Of a DNA stretch of 64,000 bases, positions 25,501-40,005 are shown piece by piece (the first letter of the stretch is position 1; every line of letters starts with the position of its first letter). The translations under genes were made by a program, and so were the position numbers. The stretch is from Eledone cirrhosa. Lineage: Eukaryota. A model generated the notes under the pieces. It did no database searches. It was given only the letters and a program-made list of their open reading frames with translations, and had not been told where the DNA came from. The stretch spans positions 105,648,001 through 105,712,000 of the forward strand of contig OZ024740.1 of assembly GCA_964016885.1 (NCBI GenBank), given 5' to 3'.

Positions 25501-28500
25501 TGTGTGTCAATCTGTGTTAGTTTGTGTGTATCTGTGTTAGTGTGTGTATCTGTGTTAATGTGTATGTATCTGTGTTAGTGTGTGTGTATCTGTGTTAGTG
25601 TGTGTGTATCTGTGTTAGTGTGTGTATCTGTGTTAGTGTGTGTATCTGTGTTAATGTGTGTGTATCTGTGGTAGTGTGTGTGTATCTGTGTTAGTTTGTG
25701 TGTATCTGTGTTAGTGTGTGTATCTGTGTTAATGTGTGTGTATCTGTGGTAGTGTGTGTGTATCTGTGTCAGTGTGTGTGTATCTGTGTTAGTGTGTGTA
25801 TCTGTGTTAGTGTGTGTATCTATGTTAGTGTGTGTGTCTATCTGTGTTAGTGTATATATCTGTGTTAGTGTGTGTGCAGCTGTGTTAGTGTGCGTATCTG
25901 AGTTAGTGTGTGCATCTGTGTTAGTGTGTGTATCTGTGTTAGTGTGTATATCTGTGTTAGTGTGTGTGTATCTGTGTTAGTGTGTGTGTATCCGTGTTAG
26001 TGTGTGTGTATATGTGTTAGTGTGTGTATCTGTGTTAGTGTGTGTGTATCCGTGTTAGTGTATGTAACTGTATTAGTGTGTGTGTGTGTATCTGTGTAGG
26101 TGTGTCTATTTGGATTAGTGTGTGTATCTGTGTTAGTGTGTGTGTATCTGTGTTAGTGTGTGTATCTGTGTTAGTGTGTGTGTATCTGGTTTAGTGTGTG
26201 TAACTTTGTTAGTGTGTGTGTATCTGTGTTAGTGTGTGAATCTGTGTTAATATGTGTGTATCTGTGGTAGTGTGTGTGTATCTGTGTTAATGTGTGTGTA
26301 TCTATGTTAGTGTGTGTATCTGTGTTAGTGTGTGTGTATCTGTATTAGTGTGTGTGTATCTGTGTTACTGTGTGTATCTGTGTTAGTGTGTGTATCTGTG
26401 TTAGTGTGTGTGTATCTGTATTAGTGTGTGTGTATCTGTGTTAGTGTGTGTATCTGTGTTAGTGTGTGTATCTGTGTTAGTGTGTGTATCTGTGTTAGTG
26501 TGTGTGTATTTGTGTTAGTGTGTGTCTGTGTTAGTGTGTGTTTATGTGTGTTAGTGTGTGTATCTGTGTTAGTGTGCGTATCTGTGCTAGTGTGTGTATC
26601 TGTGTTAGTGTGTGTCTCTGTGTTAGTGTGTGAGTGTATCTGTGTTAGTGTGTGTATCTGTGTTAGTGTGCGTGTATCTGTGTTAGTGCGTGTGTATCTA
26701 TGTTAGTGTGTGAGTATCTGGGCTACTGTGTGTATCTGTGATAGTGTGTGTATATGTGTTAGTGTGTGTGTGTATGTGTTAGTGTGTGTGTATCTGTGTT
26801 AGTGTGTGTGTATCTGTGTTAGCGTGTGTGTATCTGTGTTCGTGTGTGCATCTGTGTTAGTGTGTGTGTTTCTGTGTTAGTGTGTGTATCTGTGTTTGTC
26901 TGTGTGTATATCTGTTAGTCTGTGTGTATCTGTGTAAGTGTGTATCTGTGTTAGTGTGTGTATCTGTGTTAGTGTGGGTGCATCTGTGTTAGTCTGTGTA
27001 TCTGTGTTAGTGTGTGTGTATCTCTGTTAGTCTGTGTGCATCTGTGTAAGTGTGTATCTGAGTTAGTGTTTGTATCTATGTTAGTGTGTGTATCTGTGTT
27101 ACTGTCTGTGTATCTTGGTTAGTGTGTGTGTATCTGTGTTAGTGTAAGTATCTCTGTTAGTGTGTATGTCTCTGTGTAAGTGTGTATCTGTGTTAGTGTG
27201 TGTGTATCTGTGTTAGTGTGTGTATTTGTGGTAGTGTGTGTATCTGTGTTAGTGTGTGTATCTGTGTTATTGTGTCTATCTGTGTTAGTGTGTGTGTATC
27301 TGTGTTAGTGTGTCTATCTGTGTTAGTGTGTGTGTCTGTGTTAGTGTGTGTGTATCTGTGTTTGTGTGTGTATCTTTGTTAGTTTGTGTGTATCTGTGTT
27401 AGTGTGTGTGTATCTGTGTTAGTGTGTGTGTATCTGTGTCAGTGTGTGTATCTGTGCTAGTATGTGTATCTGTGTTAGTGTGTGAGTATTTGTGTTAGTG
27501 TGTGTATCTGTGTTAGTGTGTGTTTCTGTGTCAGTATGTGTATCTGTGTTAGTGTGTGTATGTGTGTTAGTGTGTGTGTATCTCTGTTTGTGTGTGTATC
27601 TGTGTTAGTGTGTGTATCTGTGTTAGTGTGTGTCTCTGTGTTAGTGTGTGAGTGTATCTGCGTTAATGTGTGTATCTGTGTTATTGTGTGTGTTTCTGTT
27701 GTAATATGTGTATCTGTCTGTGTTAGTGTGTATCTGTGTAAGTGTGTGTGTATCTGTGTTAGTGTGTGTATCTGTATTAGTGTGTGTGTATCTGTGTCAG
27801 TGTGTGTATCTGGGTTAGTGTGTGTGTAGCTGGGTAGTGTGTGTATCTGCGTTAGTGTGTGTATCTGTGTTAGTGTGTGTATATGTGTTAGCGTGTGTGT
27901 GTGTGTTAGTATGTGTGTGTATCTCTGTCAGTGTGTGTATCTGCGTTAGTGTGTGTGTATCTGTGTTAGTGTGTGTAGCTGTGTTAGTGTGTGTATCTGT
28001 GCTAGTATATGTATCTGTGTTAGTGTGTGTATATGTGTTAGTGTGTGTATCTGTGTTAGTGTGTGTGTATCTGCGTTAGTGTGTGTGCAGCTGTGTTAGT
28101 GTGTGTAACTGTGTTAGTATGTGTATCTGTGTTAATGTGTGTGTATCTGGTTTAGTGTGTGTAACTTTGTTAGTGTGTGTGTATATGTGTTAGTGCGTGT
28201 GTATCTGTGTTAGTGTGTGAATCTGTGTTAATGTGTGTGTATCTGTGGTAGTGTGTGTGTATCTGTGTTAGTGTGTGAGTATCTTTGTTAGTGTGTGTAT
28301 CTGTGTTAGTGTGTGTATCTGTGTTAGTGTGTGTGTATCTGTATTAGTGTGTGTGTATCTGTGTTAGTTTGTGTATCTGTGTTAGTGTGTGTATCTGTGT
28401 TAGTGTGTGTATCTGTGTTAGTGTGTGTATCTGTGTTAGTGTGTGTGTATTTGTGTTAGTGTGTGTGTATTTGTGTTAGTGTGTGTCTGTGTTAGTGTGT

Positions 28501-31500
28501 GTTTATGTGTGTTAGTGTGTGTATCTGTGTTAGTGTGCTTATCTGTGTTAGTGTGTGAGTGTATCTGTGTTAGTGTGTGTATCTGTGTTAGTGTGTGTGT
28601 ATCTGTGTTAGTGCGTGTGTATCTGTGTTAGTGTGTGAGTATCTGGGCTACTCTGTGTATCTGTGATAGTGTGTGTATATGTGTTAGTGTGAGTGTGTAT
28701 GTGTTAGTGTGTGTGTATCTGTGTTAGTGTGTGTGTATCTGTGTTAGCGTGTGTATCTAGTGTTAGTGTGTGAATCTGTGTTAGTGTGTGTGTATCTGTG
28801 TTAGTGTGTGTATCTGTGTTAGTGTGTGAATCTGTGTTAGTGTGTGTGTATCTGTGTTAGTGTGTGTATCTGTGTTCGTGTGTGCATCTGTGTTAGTGTG
28901 TGTGTTTCTGTGTTAGTGTGTGTATCTGTGTTCGTGTGTGTGTATCTCTGTTAGTCTGTGTGTATCTGTGTAAGTGTGTATCTGTGTTTGTGTGTGTATC
29001 TTTGTTAGTTTGTGTGTATCTGTGTTAGTGTATGTGTATCTGTGTTAGTGTGTGTGTATCTGTGGTAGTGTGTGTATCTGCGCTACTGTGTGTATCTGTG
29101 TTAATGTGTGTATCTGTGTTAGTGTGTGTGTATCTGTGTTTGTGTGTTTATCTGTGTCAGTGTGTGTATCTGTGTTAATGTGTGAGTATTTGTGTTAGTG
29201 TGTGTATCTGTGTTAGTGTGTGTTTCTGTGTCAGTATGTGTATCTGTGTTAGTGTGTGTATGTGTGTTAGTGTGTGTGTATCTGTGTTTGTGTGTGTATC
29301 TGTGTTAGTGTGTGTATCTGTGTTAGTGTGTGTCTCTGTGTTAGTGTGTGAGTGTATCTGCGTTAATGTCTGTATCTGTGTTAGTGTGTGTGTATCTGTT
29401 TTAGTGTGTGTGTATCTGTGGTAATGTGTGTATCTGTCTGTGTTAGTGTGTATCTGTGTAAGTGTGTGTGTATCTGTGTTAGTGTGTGTATATGTATTAG
29501 TGTGTGTGTATCTGTGTCAGTGTCTGTATCTGCGTTAGTGTGTGTGTATCTGTGTTAGTGTGTGTATCTGTGTTAGTGTGTGTGTATCTGTGTTAGTGTG
29601 TGTATCAGTGTTAGTGTATGTATCTGTGTTAGTGTGTGTGTATCTGTGTTAGTGTGTGTATCTGTGTTAGTGTGTGTGTATCTGTGTTAGGGTGTGTGTA
29701 TCTATGTTAGTGTGTCTATCTGTGTTAGTGTGTGTATCTGTGATAGTGTGTGTATCTGTGTTAGTGTGTGTGTGTCGGTGTTAGTGTGTGTATCTGAGTT
29801 AGTGTGTGTGTATCTGTATTAGTGTGTGTAGCTGTGTTAGTGTGTATATCTGTGTTAGTGTGTGTATCTGTGTTAGTTTGTGTATCTGTGTTAGTGTGTG
29901 TATCTGTGTTAGCGTGTGTATCTGTGTTATTGTGTGTATCTTTTTAAATGTGTGTGTATCTGGGCAAGTGTGTGTATATCTGTGTTAGTGTGTGTATCTG
30001 TGTTAGTGTGTGTATCTGTGTTAGTGTGTGTATCTGTGTTAGTGTGTGTATCTGTGTTAGTGTGTGTGTATCTGTGTTAGTGTGTATATCTGTGTTAGTG
30101 TGTGTGTATCTGTGTTAGTGTGTGTATCTGTGGTAGTGTGTGTATCTGTGTTAGTGTGTGTATCTGTGTTAGTGTGTGTATCTGTTTAAATGTGTGTGTA
30201 TCTGTGCAAGTGTGTATGTATCTATGTTAGTGTGTGTATCTGTGTTAGTGTGTGTATCTGTGTTAGTGTGTGTGTATCTGTGTTAGTGTGTGTGTATCTG
30301 TGTTAGTGTGTGTATCTGTGTTAGTGTGTGTCTGTATCTGTGTTAGTGTGTGTATATGTGTTAGTGTATCTGTGATAGTGTGTATATCTGTGTTAGTGTG
30401 TGTATCTGTGCTAGTGTGTGTGTATCTGTGTTAGTATGTGTGTATCTGTGTTAGTGTGTGTATCTGTGTCAGTGTCTGTGTATCTGTGTTAGTGTGTGTG
30501 TATCTGTGTTAGTGTGTGTATCTGTGTTAGTGTGTGTGTATCTGTGTTATTGTGTGTATCTGTGTTAGTGTGTGTGTGTACCCGTGTTAGTGTTTGTGTA
30601 TCTGTGTTAGTATGTGTATCTGTGTTAGTGTGCGTAAATGTGTTAGTGTGTGAGTATCTGTGTTAGTGTGTGTATCTGTGTTATGTGTGTGTACCTGTGT
30701 TAGTGTGTGTGTATCTGTGTTAGTGTGTGTATCTGTGTTAGTGTCTGTATCTGTGTTAGTGTGTGTATCTGTGTTAGTGTGTGTATCTGTGTTAGTGTGT
30801 GTGTATCTGTGTTAGTGTGTGTATCTGTGTTAGTTTGTATCTGTGTTAGTATGTGTATCTGTGTTAGTGTGTGTATCTGTGTTAGTGTGTGTGTATCTGT
30901 GTTAGTGTGTATCTGTGTTAGTGTGTGTATCTGTGTTAGTGTGTGTATCTGTGTTAGTTTGTATCTGTGTTAGTATGTGTATCTGTGTTAGTGTGTGTAT
31001 CTGTGTTAGTGTGTGTGTATCTGTGTTAGTGTGTATCTGTGTTAGTGTGTGTATCTGTGTTAGTGTGTGTATCTGTGTTAGTGCGTGTGTATTTGTGGTA
31101 GTGTGTGTATCTGTCTGTGTTATTGTGTATCTGTGTCAGTGTGTGTGTATCTGTGTTAGTGTGTGTATCTGTGTTATGTGTGTGCACCTGTGTTAGTGTG
31201 TGTGTATCTGTGTTAGTGTGTGTATCTGTGTTAGTGTCTGTATCTGTGTTAGTGTGTGTATCTTTGATAGTGTGTGTATCTGTGTTAGTGTGTGTGTATC
31301 TGTGTTAGTGTGTGCGTATCTGTGTTAATCTGTGTGTATCTGTGTTAGTGTGTGTATCTGTGTTAGTGTGTTTATCTGTGTTAGTGTGTGTATCTGTGTT
31401 AGTGTGTTTATCTGTGTTAGTGTGTGTGTATCTGTGTTAGTGTGTGTGTGTAGCTGTGTTACTGTGTGTATCTGTCGTGTTAGTGTGTATCTCTGTCAGT

Positions 31501-34500
31501 GTGTGTGTATCTGTGTTAGTGTGTGTATCTGTGTTAGTGTGTGTATCTGTGTTAGTGTGTGTATCTGTGTTAGTGTGTGTATCTGTGTTAGCGTGTGTAT
31601 CTGTGTTAGTGCGTGTATCTGTGTTAGCGTGTGTATCTGTGTTAGTGTGTGTATCTGTGTTAGTGTGTGTCTCTGTGTTAGTGTGTGAGTGTATCTGCGT
31701 TAATGTGTGTATCTGTGTTAGTGTGTGTGTATCTGTTTTAGTGTGTGTGTATCTGTGGTAATGTGTGTATCTGTCTGTGTTAGTGTGTATATGTATTAGT
31801 GTGTGTGTATCTGTGTCAGTGTGTGTATCTGCGTTAGTGTGTGTGTATCTGTGTTAGTGTGTGTATCTGTGTTAGTGTGTGTGTATCTGTGTTAGTGTGT
31901 GTATCAGTGTTAGTGTGTGTATCTGTGTTAGTGTGTGTGTATCTGTGTTAGTGTGTGTATCTGTGTTAGTGTGTGTGTATCTGTGTTAGGGTGTGTGTAT
32001 CTATGTTAGTGTGTCTATCTGTGTTAGTGTGTGTATCTGTGATAGTGTGTGTATCTGTGTTAGTGTGTGTGTATCGGTGTTAGTGTGTGTATCTGAGTTA
32101 GTGTGTGTGTATCTGTATTAGTGTGTGTAGCTGTGTTAGTGTGTATATCTGTGTTAGTGTGTGTATCTGTGTTAGTTTGTGTATCTGTGTTAGTGTGTGT
32201 ATCTGTGTTAGTGTGTGTATCTGTGTTAGCGTGTGTATCTGTGTTATTGTGTGTATCTTTTTAAATGTGTGTGTATCTGGGCAAGTGTGTGTATATCTGT
32301 GTTAGTGTGTGTATCTGTGTTAGTGTGTGTATCTGTGTTAGTGTGTGTATCTGTGTTAGTGTGTGTATCTGTGTTAGTGTGTGTGTATCTGTGTTAGTGT
32401 GTATATCTGTGTTAGTGTGTGTGTATGTGTGTTAGTGTGTGTATCTGTGGTAGTGTGTGTATCTGTGTTAGTGTGTGTATCTGTGTTAGTGTGTGTATCT
32501 GTTTAAATGTGTGTGTATCTTTGCAAGTGTGTATGTATCTATGTTAGTGTGTGTATCTGTGTTAGTGTGTGTATCTGTGTTAGTGTGTGTGTATCTGTGT
32601 TAGTGTGTGTGTATCTGTGTTAGTGTGTGTATCTGTGTTAGTGTGTGTGTATCTGTGTTAGTGTGTGTATCTGTGTTAGTGTGTGTGTATCTGTGTTAAT
32701 GTGTGTGTATCTGTGTTAGTGTGTGTATCTGTGTTAGTGTGTGTCTGTATCTGTGTTAGTGTGTGTATATGTGTTAGTGTATCTGTGATAGTGTGTATAT
32801 CTGTGTTAGTGTGTGTATCTGTGCTAGTGTGTGTGTATCTGTGTTAGTGTGTGTGTATCTGTGTTAGTGTGTGTATCTGTGTCAGTGTCTGTGTATCTGT
32901 GTTAGTGTGTGTGTATCTGTGTTAGTGTGTGTATCTGTGTTAGTGTGTGTGTATCTGTGTTAGTGTGTGTATCTGTGTTAGTGTGTGTGTGTACCCGTGT
33001 TAGTGTTTGTGTATTTTTGTTAGTATGTGTATCTGTGTTAGTGTGCGTAAATGTGTTAGTGTGTGAGTATCTGTGTTAGTGTGTGTATCTGTGTTAGTGT
33101 GTGTGTATCTGTGTTAGTGTGTATCTGTGTTAGTGTGTGTATCTGTGTTAGTGTGTGTATCTGTGTTAGTGCGTGTGTATTTGTGGTAGTGTGTGTATCT
33201 GTCTGTGTTATTGTGTATCTGTGTCAGTGTGTGTGTATCTGTGTTAGTGTGTGTATCTGTGTTATGTGTGTGCACCTGTGTTAGTGTGTGTGTATCTGTG
33301 TTAGTGTGTGTATCTGTGTTAGTGTCTGTATCTGTGTTAGTGTGTGTATCTTTGATAGTGCGTGTATCTGTGTTAGTGTGTGTGTATCTGTGTTAGTGTG
33401 TGCGTATCTGTGTTAATCTGTGTGTATCTGTGTTAGTGTGTGTATCTGTGTTAGTGTGTGTATCTGTGTTAGTGTGTTTATCTGTGTTAGTGTGTGTGTA
33501 TCTGTGTTAGTGTGTGTGTGTAGCTGTGTTAGTGTGTGTATCTGTCGTGTTAGTGTGTATCTCTGTCAGTGTGTGTGTATCTGTGTTAGTGTGTGTATCT
33601 GTGTTAGTGTGTGTATCTGTGTTAGTGTGTGTATCTGTGTTAGTGTGTGTATCTGTGTTAGCGTGTGTATCTGTGTTAGTGTGTGTATCTGTGTTAGCGT
33701 GTGTATCTGTGTTATTGTGTGTGCATCTGTGTTAGTGTGTGTATCTGTGTTAGTGGTTGTATTTGTGTTAGTGTGTGTATCTGTTTTAGTGTGTGTATCT
33801 GTGTTAGTGTGTGTGTATCTGTGTTAGTGTGTGTGTATCTGCGTTAGTGTGTGTATCTGTGTTAGTGTGTGTGTATCTGTCTGTGTTAGTGTGTATCTAT
33901 GTTAGTGTGTGAGTATCCGTGTTAGTGTGTGAGTATTTGTGTTAGTGTGTGTATCTGTGTTACTGTGTGTGTATCTGTGTTAGTGTGTGTATCTCTGTTA
34001 GTATGTGTATCTGTGTTAGTGTGTGTATCTGTGTTAGTGTGTGTGTATCCGTCTGTGTTAGTGTGTATCTGTGTCAGCGTATGTATATCTGGGCTAATGT
34101 GTGTATTTGTGTTAGTGTGTGTATCTGTGTTAGTGTGTGTATCTGTGTTAGCGTGTGTGTATCTGTGTTAGTGTGTGTGTATCTGTGTTAGTGTGTGTAC
34201 CTGTGTTAGTGCGTGTGTCTATCTGTGTTAGTGTGTTTATATGTGTTAGTGTGTGTATCTGTGTTAGTGTGTGTATATGTGTTAGTGTGTGTATCTGTGT
34301 TAGTGTGTGAATCTGTGTTAGTCTGTGTGTAGCTGTGTTAGTGTGTGTATCTGTGTTAGTGTGTGTACCTGTGTTAGTGTGTGTATATCTGTGTTAGTGT
34401 GTGTATCTGTGTTAGTGTATGTACCTGTGTTAGTGTGTGTATCTCTGTTAGTGTGTGTATCTGTGTTAGTGTGTGTGTATCTGTGTTAGTGTGTGTGTAT

Positions 34501-36266
34501 ATTTGATATCGTGTGTATCTGTGTTAGTATGTATATATCTGTGTTAGTGTGTATATATCTGTGTTAGTGTGTGTGTATCTGTGTTAGTGTGTGTGTATCA
34601 GTGTTAGTGTGTGTATCTGTGTTAGTGTGTGTATCTGTGTTAGTGTGTATGTAGCAGTGGTAGTGTGTGTATCTGTCTGTGTTAGTGTGTATTTGTGTCA
34701 GTGTGTGTGTATCTGTGTTAGTGTGTGTATCTTAGTTAGTGTGTGTATCAGTGTTAGTGTCCGTATCTGTGCTAGTGTGTGTGTATTTGTGTTAGTGTGT
34801 GTGTATCTGTGTTAGTGTGAGTATCTTTGATAGTGTGTCTATCTGTGTTAGTGTGTGTGTATCTGTGTTAGTGTCTGTGTATCTGTGTTAATGTGTGCGT
34901 ATCTGTGTTAGTGTGTGTATCTGTGTTAGTGTGAGTGTGTCTGTGTTAGTGTATGTGTATCTGTGTTAGTGTGTCTATCTTCTGTTAGTGTGTGTGTATC
35001 TGGTTTGTGTGTGTAACTGTGTTAGTTTGTGTGTATCTGTTTTATTGTGTGTATCTGTGTTAGTGTGTGTGTATGTGTTAGTGTATCTGTGATAGTGTGT
35101 GTATCTGTGTTAGTTTGTGTGTATCTGTGTTAGTGTCTGTGTATCTGTGTTAGTATGTGTGTATCTGTGTTAGTGTGTGTATCTGTGTTAGTGAGTGTGT
35201 ATCTGTGTTAGTGTGTGTGTATCTGTGTTAGTATGTGTGTATCTGTGTTAGTGTGTGTATTTGTGTGAGTGAGTGTATCTGTGTTAGTGTGTGTATCTGT
35301 GTTAGTGTGTGTATCTCTGTTAGTGTGTGTATATGTGTTAGTGTGTGTGTATCTGTGTTAGTGTCTGTATCTGTGTTAGTGTGTGTATCTCTGTTAGTGT
35401 GTGTATATGTGTCAGTGTGTGTGTATCTGTGTTAATGTGTGTATCTGTGTTAGTGTGTGTGTATCCGTGTTAGTTTATGTGTATCTGTGGTATTCTGTGC
35501 GTATCTGTATTAGTGTGTGTGTATCTGTGTTACTGTGTGTATATGTGTTAGTGTGAGTATCTGTGTTAGTGTGTGTACCTTTGTTAGTGTGTGTGTATCT
35601 GTATTAGTGTGTGTGTATCTGTATTAGTGTGTGTATCTATGTTTGTGTGTGTATCTGTGTTAGGGTGTGTGTATCTATGTTAGTGTGTCTATCTGTGTTA
35701 GTGTGGGTATCTGTGTTAGTGTGTGTATCTGTGTTAGGGTGTGTGTATCTGTATTAGTGTGTGTATCTGTGTTAATGTGTGTATCTGTATTAGTCTGGGT
35801 ATCTGTGTTAGTGTGTGTATCTGTGTTAGTGTGTATCTGTGTTAGTGTGTGTATCTGTGTTAGTGTGTGTATCTGTGTTAGTCTGGGTATCTGTGTTAGT
35901 GTGTGTATCTGTGTTAGTGTGTATATCTGTATTAGTGTGTGTATCTGTGTTAGTGTGTGTATCTGTGCTAGTCTAGGTATCTGTGTTAGTGTGTGTATCT
36001 GTGTTAGTGTGTGTATCTGTGTTAGTGTGTGTATCTGTGTTAGTGTGTGTATCTGTGTTAGTGGGTGTATCTGTGTTAGTGAGTGTATCTGTGTTAGTCT
36101 GGGTATCTGTGTTAGTGTGTGTATCTGTGCTAGTCTGGGTATCTGTGTTAGTGTGTGTATCTGTGTTAGTGTGTGTATCTGTGTTAGTGTGTGTATCTGT
36201 GTTAGTGTGTGTATCTGTGTTAGTGGGTGTATCTGTGTTAGTCTGGGTATCTGTGTTAGTGTGTGT
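19538..36266. repeat. ~16.7-kb satellite of an 18/20-bp unit TTAGTGTGTGTATCTGTG
   Basis: Uninterrupted array with unit length varying by GT steps and higher-order block duplications. Confidence 0.98.
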
Positions 36267-36407
36267 AAAGTAATAACTGTTTGTTCGCTTTCGCTTCTTA
36301 TCATCTGACATAAATGTAAATGATAGTCTATTGACTGAAACATTCATAATAACTATCCAGATGGTTTTCTCCGATAAATGTCAATGATGTAAGGAAGTGT
36401 ATAAATT

Positions 36408-36580
36408 ATATAATTGTTTCTACTTTAGGCACAAGGCCAGCAATTACCAAGTACATTATTGGCACTTTATTTTATCGACCCCGTAAGGATGAAAGTTAAC
36501 GTTAACCTCGGCGGGATTTGAACTCAGACTGTAAAGGGACGTAACTATGCTAGAAATCATGGCGTCCAACCCTCTACCGA
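36408..36580 (-). mobile_element. Family-1 SINE, slightly 5'-truncated
   Basis: Matches 657-846. Confidence 0.8.
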
Positions 36581-37329
36581 TTTCTGATTTCTTGCCTGTC
36601 TTTTACAAAATTTAAATCTCGCTGATTTTAATTTTCCTTTGTAGTCTTTAAAATATTGTACGTTCGCATTTTCCCGTATTCTGTAAAATTTTACTGGGAA
36701 TGTTTTACTTTCGTAGTGTGTAAAATCCGTTTGGTATACTTACTTTTTCTCGGGGTCTATAAAATTTGTTAGGTACATTTACCTTTCGTGTAGTCTGTAA
36801 AACTCTTTTCCGTTTTCGTTTCCTCCGTGGTCCATGACTTTGTTGTTTAGACTCATGCTTTATAGCTTGGAAGCGTTACGTTGTGATTACAGGGATATTT
36901 GGTTTCTATTTCTAGCAAGTTGAGCAATCCTGTAGAGTCTCTCCACACACTGGCTCGAGAGACAACACATTTTTTTTCTCCCAGCAGCAATAGGAATTAT
37001 TTAAAGCTGACTAATAATCACATTGATTTGATCTATATTAGAGGGCTTGGAAAGTTCATGGGCTGTGCACCTTCTCTGGAGGTGAAATTTAAACAAACAA
37101 TAAAGCATATTAAGAACATTAAATGCTTTAGAGATTAATCTACCAAGAAGGATACTTATCGATAGCGTGTAGCCTTTGGAACATTTCATAATTTAAATGT
37201 CTTTTTATGGCTTTCTCAGAGAATGAAATGAGAAGCACTATGATCTTTTTTGCAAGTGGGTGGTGAAGAAAAGAAACCCCGATATATGGGGAGTCGTCAA
37301 ATTGAAAATATTGTCCGAATATTTACAAC

Positions 37330-37565
37330 AGAATAGACTTTGTTAAGGGCACGTGGTAGTGGTGATGTTAAACCAAGCAAATGATAGGACGGCTATCAAA
37401 GAACAGGTACAGATACAGGCCTTATATTAGGTTCCCTTTACCCAATTGCGGTGACAAGGCTTGGGCCCCACTGAAGCTATAGTAGAAGACAACTGCTCAA
37501 TTTACAATGCCGTGGGTTGAAAACTACGAGTCATGTTACTATTAAGTGAACTTCGCAATCACAAG
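37330..37565 (-). mobile_element. Degenerate family-2 SINE
   Basis: 'acaaggcttggg...gctatagtagaagaca..tgctcaa' matches the related copies at 243-368 and 63460-63785. Confidence 0.5.
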
Positions 37566-38111
37566 AATATGTATAGCTAAATCTTAATCTATAAAGCTCA
37601 GTGTGTGGTCATGCTCCTTTCTTATAGAAATCTACGATATAGAATTTCTTCAGTTGAAATTTACAATTCAGTATTCGAAATAGTTTCGATTGCGTCTTGG
37701 CACATCTCATTTTTTCAATTTCACCCACAATTACGCAAAAAATAGATAAAACTCAATATTTTACGATTTTTCTCTGTCATTTAAACTGCTAAACTCTTTC
37801 CACTACCATTCAAAATCTATACAACTTCATACTTTCTGCTACTTTCTCTTTCCAAGGTTGATGGTGATACTGTCCGTTTTACTCTCTCATATCATCTGCT
37901 TTCCCTCTATCTACAACCCACACATTTTGCTACTTTCTCTTTTATACTTCAAATTATTACATTTCATACGAAACGACAATTATTCAAAAGCAACAGATAC
38001 ATTTATTCAACAACAAGCGATACATCTTTTTTAAAACCTCTTTTCCAAACGCATACAAATACACACTCACTTCAACAACAACAACAACAACAATCTGCCT
38101 TTTATAGATAA

Positions 38112-39347
38112 CTAGCAGTAAAGCCCGGCGTTGCTCGGGGTCGCTCAGTAGCTGTGTTAAAGTCACAATGTTAAGTTTCTTTTTTGGCTTAAAAACTGTA
38201 GGCTCAATGTACAAGTATAGCAATTTCGGTGCAATTCCGTCAGAGATTCTAAGAGGAGATGTGTGCCAAAAATCGATAGACAGACAGACAACCAAGCCAG
38301 CGTAATTTTTTTAATTTTTGCACGCAGAAAATGTAAACAGAACGTAAGACGCTCAATGTAAACAGAACAAAGGGAAATAACTCGTCACTTACGCTCAAAA
38401 ATCGATACATTAGATTCGATTTCGTCACATAGGGTGGGTCAATTTGAAATATTTTTTTTCCGATGTCTTCGCTAGGGCTCAATGTACAAGTATAGCAATT
38501 TCGGTGCAATTCCGTCAGAGATTCTAAGAGGAGATGTGTGCCAAAAATCGATAGACAGACAGACAACCACAGCTTTATATATATAGATGATTAACAATAA
38601 TATCCTCTATGAGGTCACTAAACCTGCTAGAAACAGCAGCTAACTCTCCCCCATACCACACCCCTCCCTACTGTCTTAAATTTAGAAAACATATCTTCTA
38701 TGAGGTCACTAAACCTGCTAGAAACAGCAGCTAACTCTCCCCCATATCACACCACTCCCTACTGTCTTAAATTTAAAAAACACATATCCTCTATGAGGTT
38801 ACTAAACCTGCTAGAAACAGCAGCTAACTCTCCCCCATATCACACCCATCCCTACTGTCTTAAATTTAGAAAACATATCTTCTATGAGGTCACTAAACCT
38901 GCTAGAAACAGCAGCTAACTCTCCTCCATATCACACCACTCCCTACTGTCTTAAATTTAGAAAACACATATCCTCTATGAGGTCACTAAACCTACTAGAA
39001 ACAACAGCTAACTCTTCCTCATATCACACCCCTCCCTACTGTCTTAAATTTAGAAAACACACAGGCAACCATGCAGAACAACTCCATCGCAGCTCTGTTG
39101 TTCGACTGGCATCGTCTACGCGCGTGTTGCGCAAGTACTGTGAAACAATAAATTTCAACACTTTTTTGCACCGAGATAATATCCATAGGCGAAACTACAA
39201 TTGTCACTGCTGGCGCAGCTCCTGCTTCCAGGTCTGCAATTCATTCACTCAGTGCCTGGCAGACAAAAATGTGGTGCCATAAAATGGGTGGCGCAACCTA
39301 ACTTTGGTAACTTAATGACCCCGAGCAACGCCGGGCTTTAATGCTAG
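38112..39347. mobile_element. Non-autonomous Helitron (-; 38112-38587), ~93-bp array (5 units) and a + strand Helitron 3' end
   Basis: Same module order as 14092-17923, with CTAG termini at 38112 and 39344-39347. Confidence 0.82.
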
Positions 39348-39501
39348 TGTATGTTAAAGACAAACCTTTTTTTTATAAATATAATAAATTCACGTCCATT
39401 GCATTTATATTTGAACACATTATACTGTCAGCCACCTTATTATAGTAATTAGTAAATGGAAGATACCAGAAAGATTTATTTAATGTCTCGTAACCTATGT
39501 G

Positions 39502-39609
<108 letters not shown>

Positions 39610-39967
39610 TTACGAGACCTCAAATAAATCTTTCTGCTATATGTATATATATATGTACAGTGGCGGACTGACCAGGTTTCCAGGTTTCCCAATTGGCAGG
39701 TGGGCCCCAGGCGGCCCACGGTAACATTGCAGGGGCCAATGCCTTGCTTTAAAAAATACCTGAAGTCTAAGAGAAAGAATAATTTAAAAAAATAAAAATA
39801 ATAAAACAATTAAGCAAAGCATTTGGTCAACCAATCTCCCCAGAAATTAAAAGAAACTAAAATATATGATAGTGCAAATACCTGGAATCAGTGGTTGTAC
39901 ATTCTACTAAAATCTAAAGCTTAGTGTATTCATTCATGCAAACATACATATATAGACACACACAAGC

Positions 39968-40005
<38 letters not shown>

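Noticed and set aside
12816-36347. Numerous CV/HT/YI-repeat ORFs
   Set aside because: They are translations of microsatellite and satellite DNA with no coding evidence.
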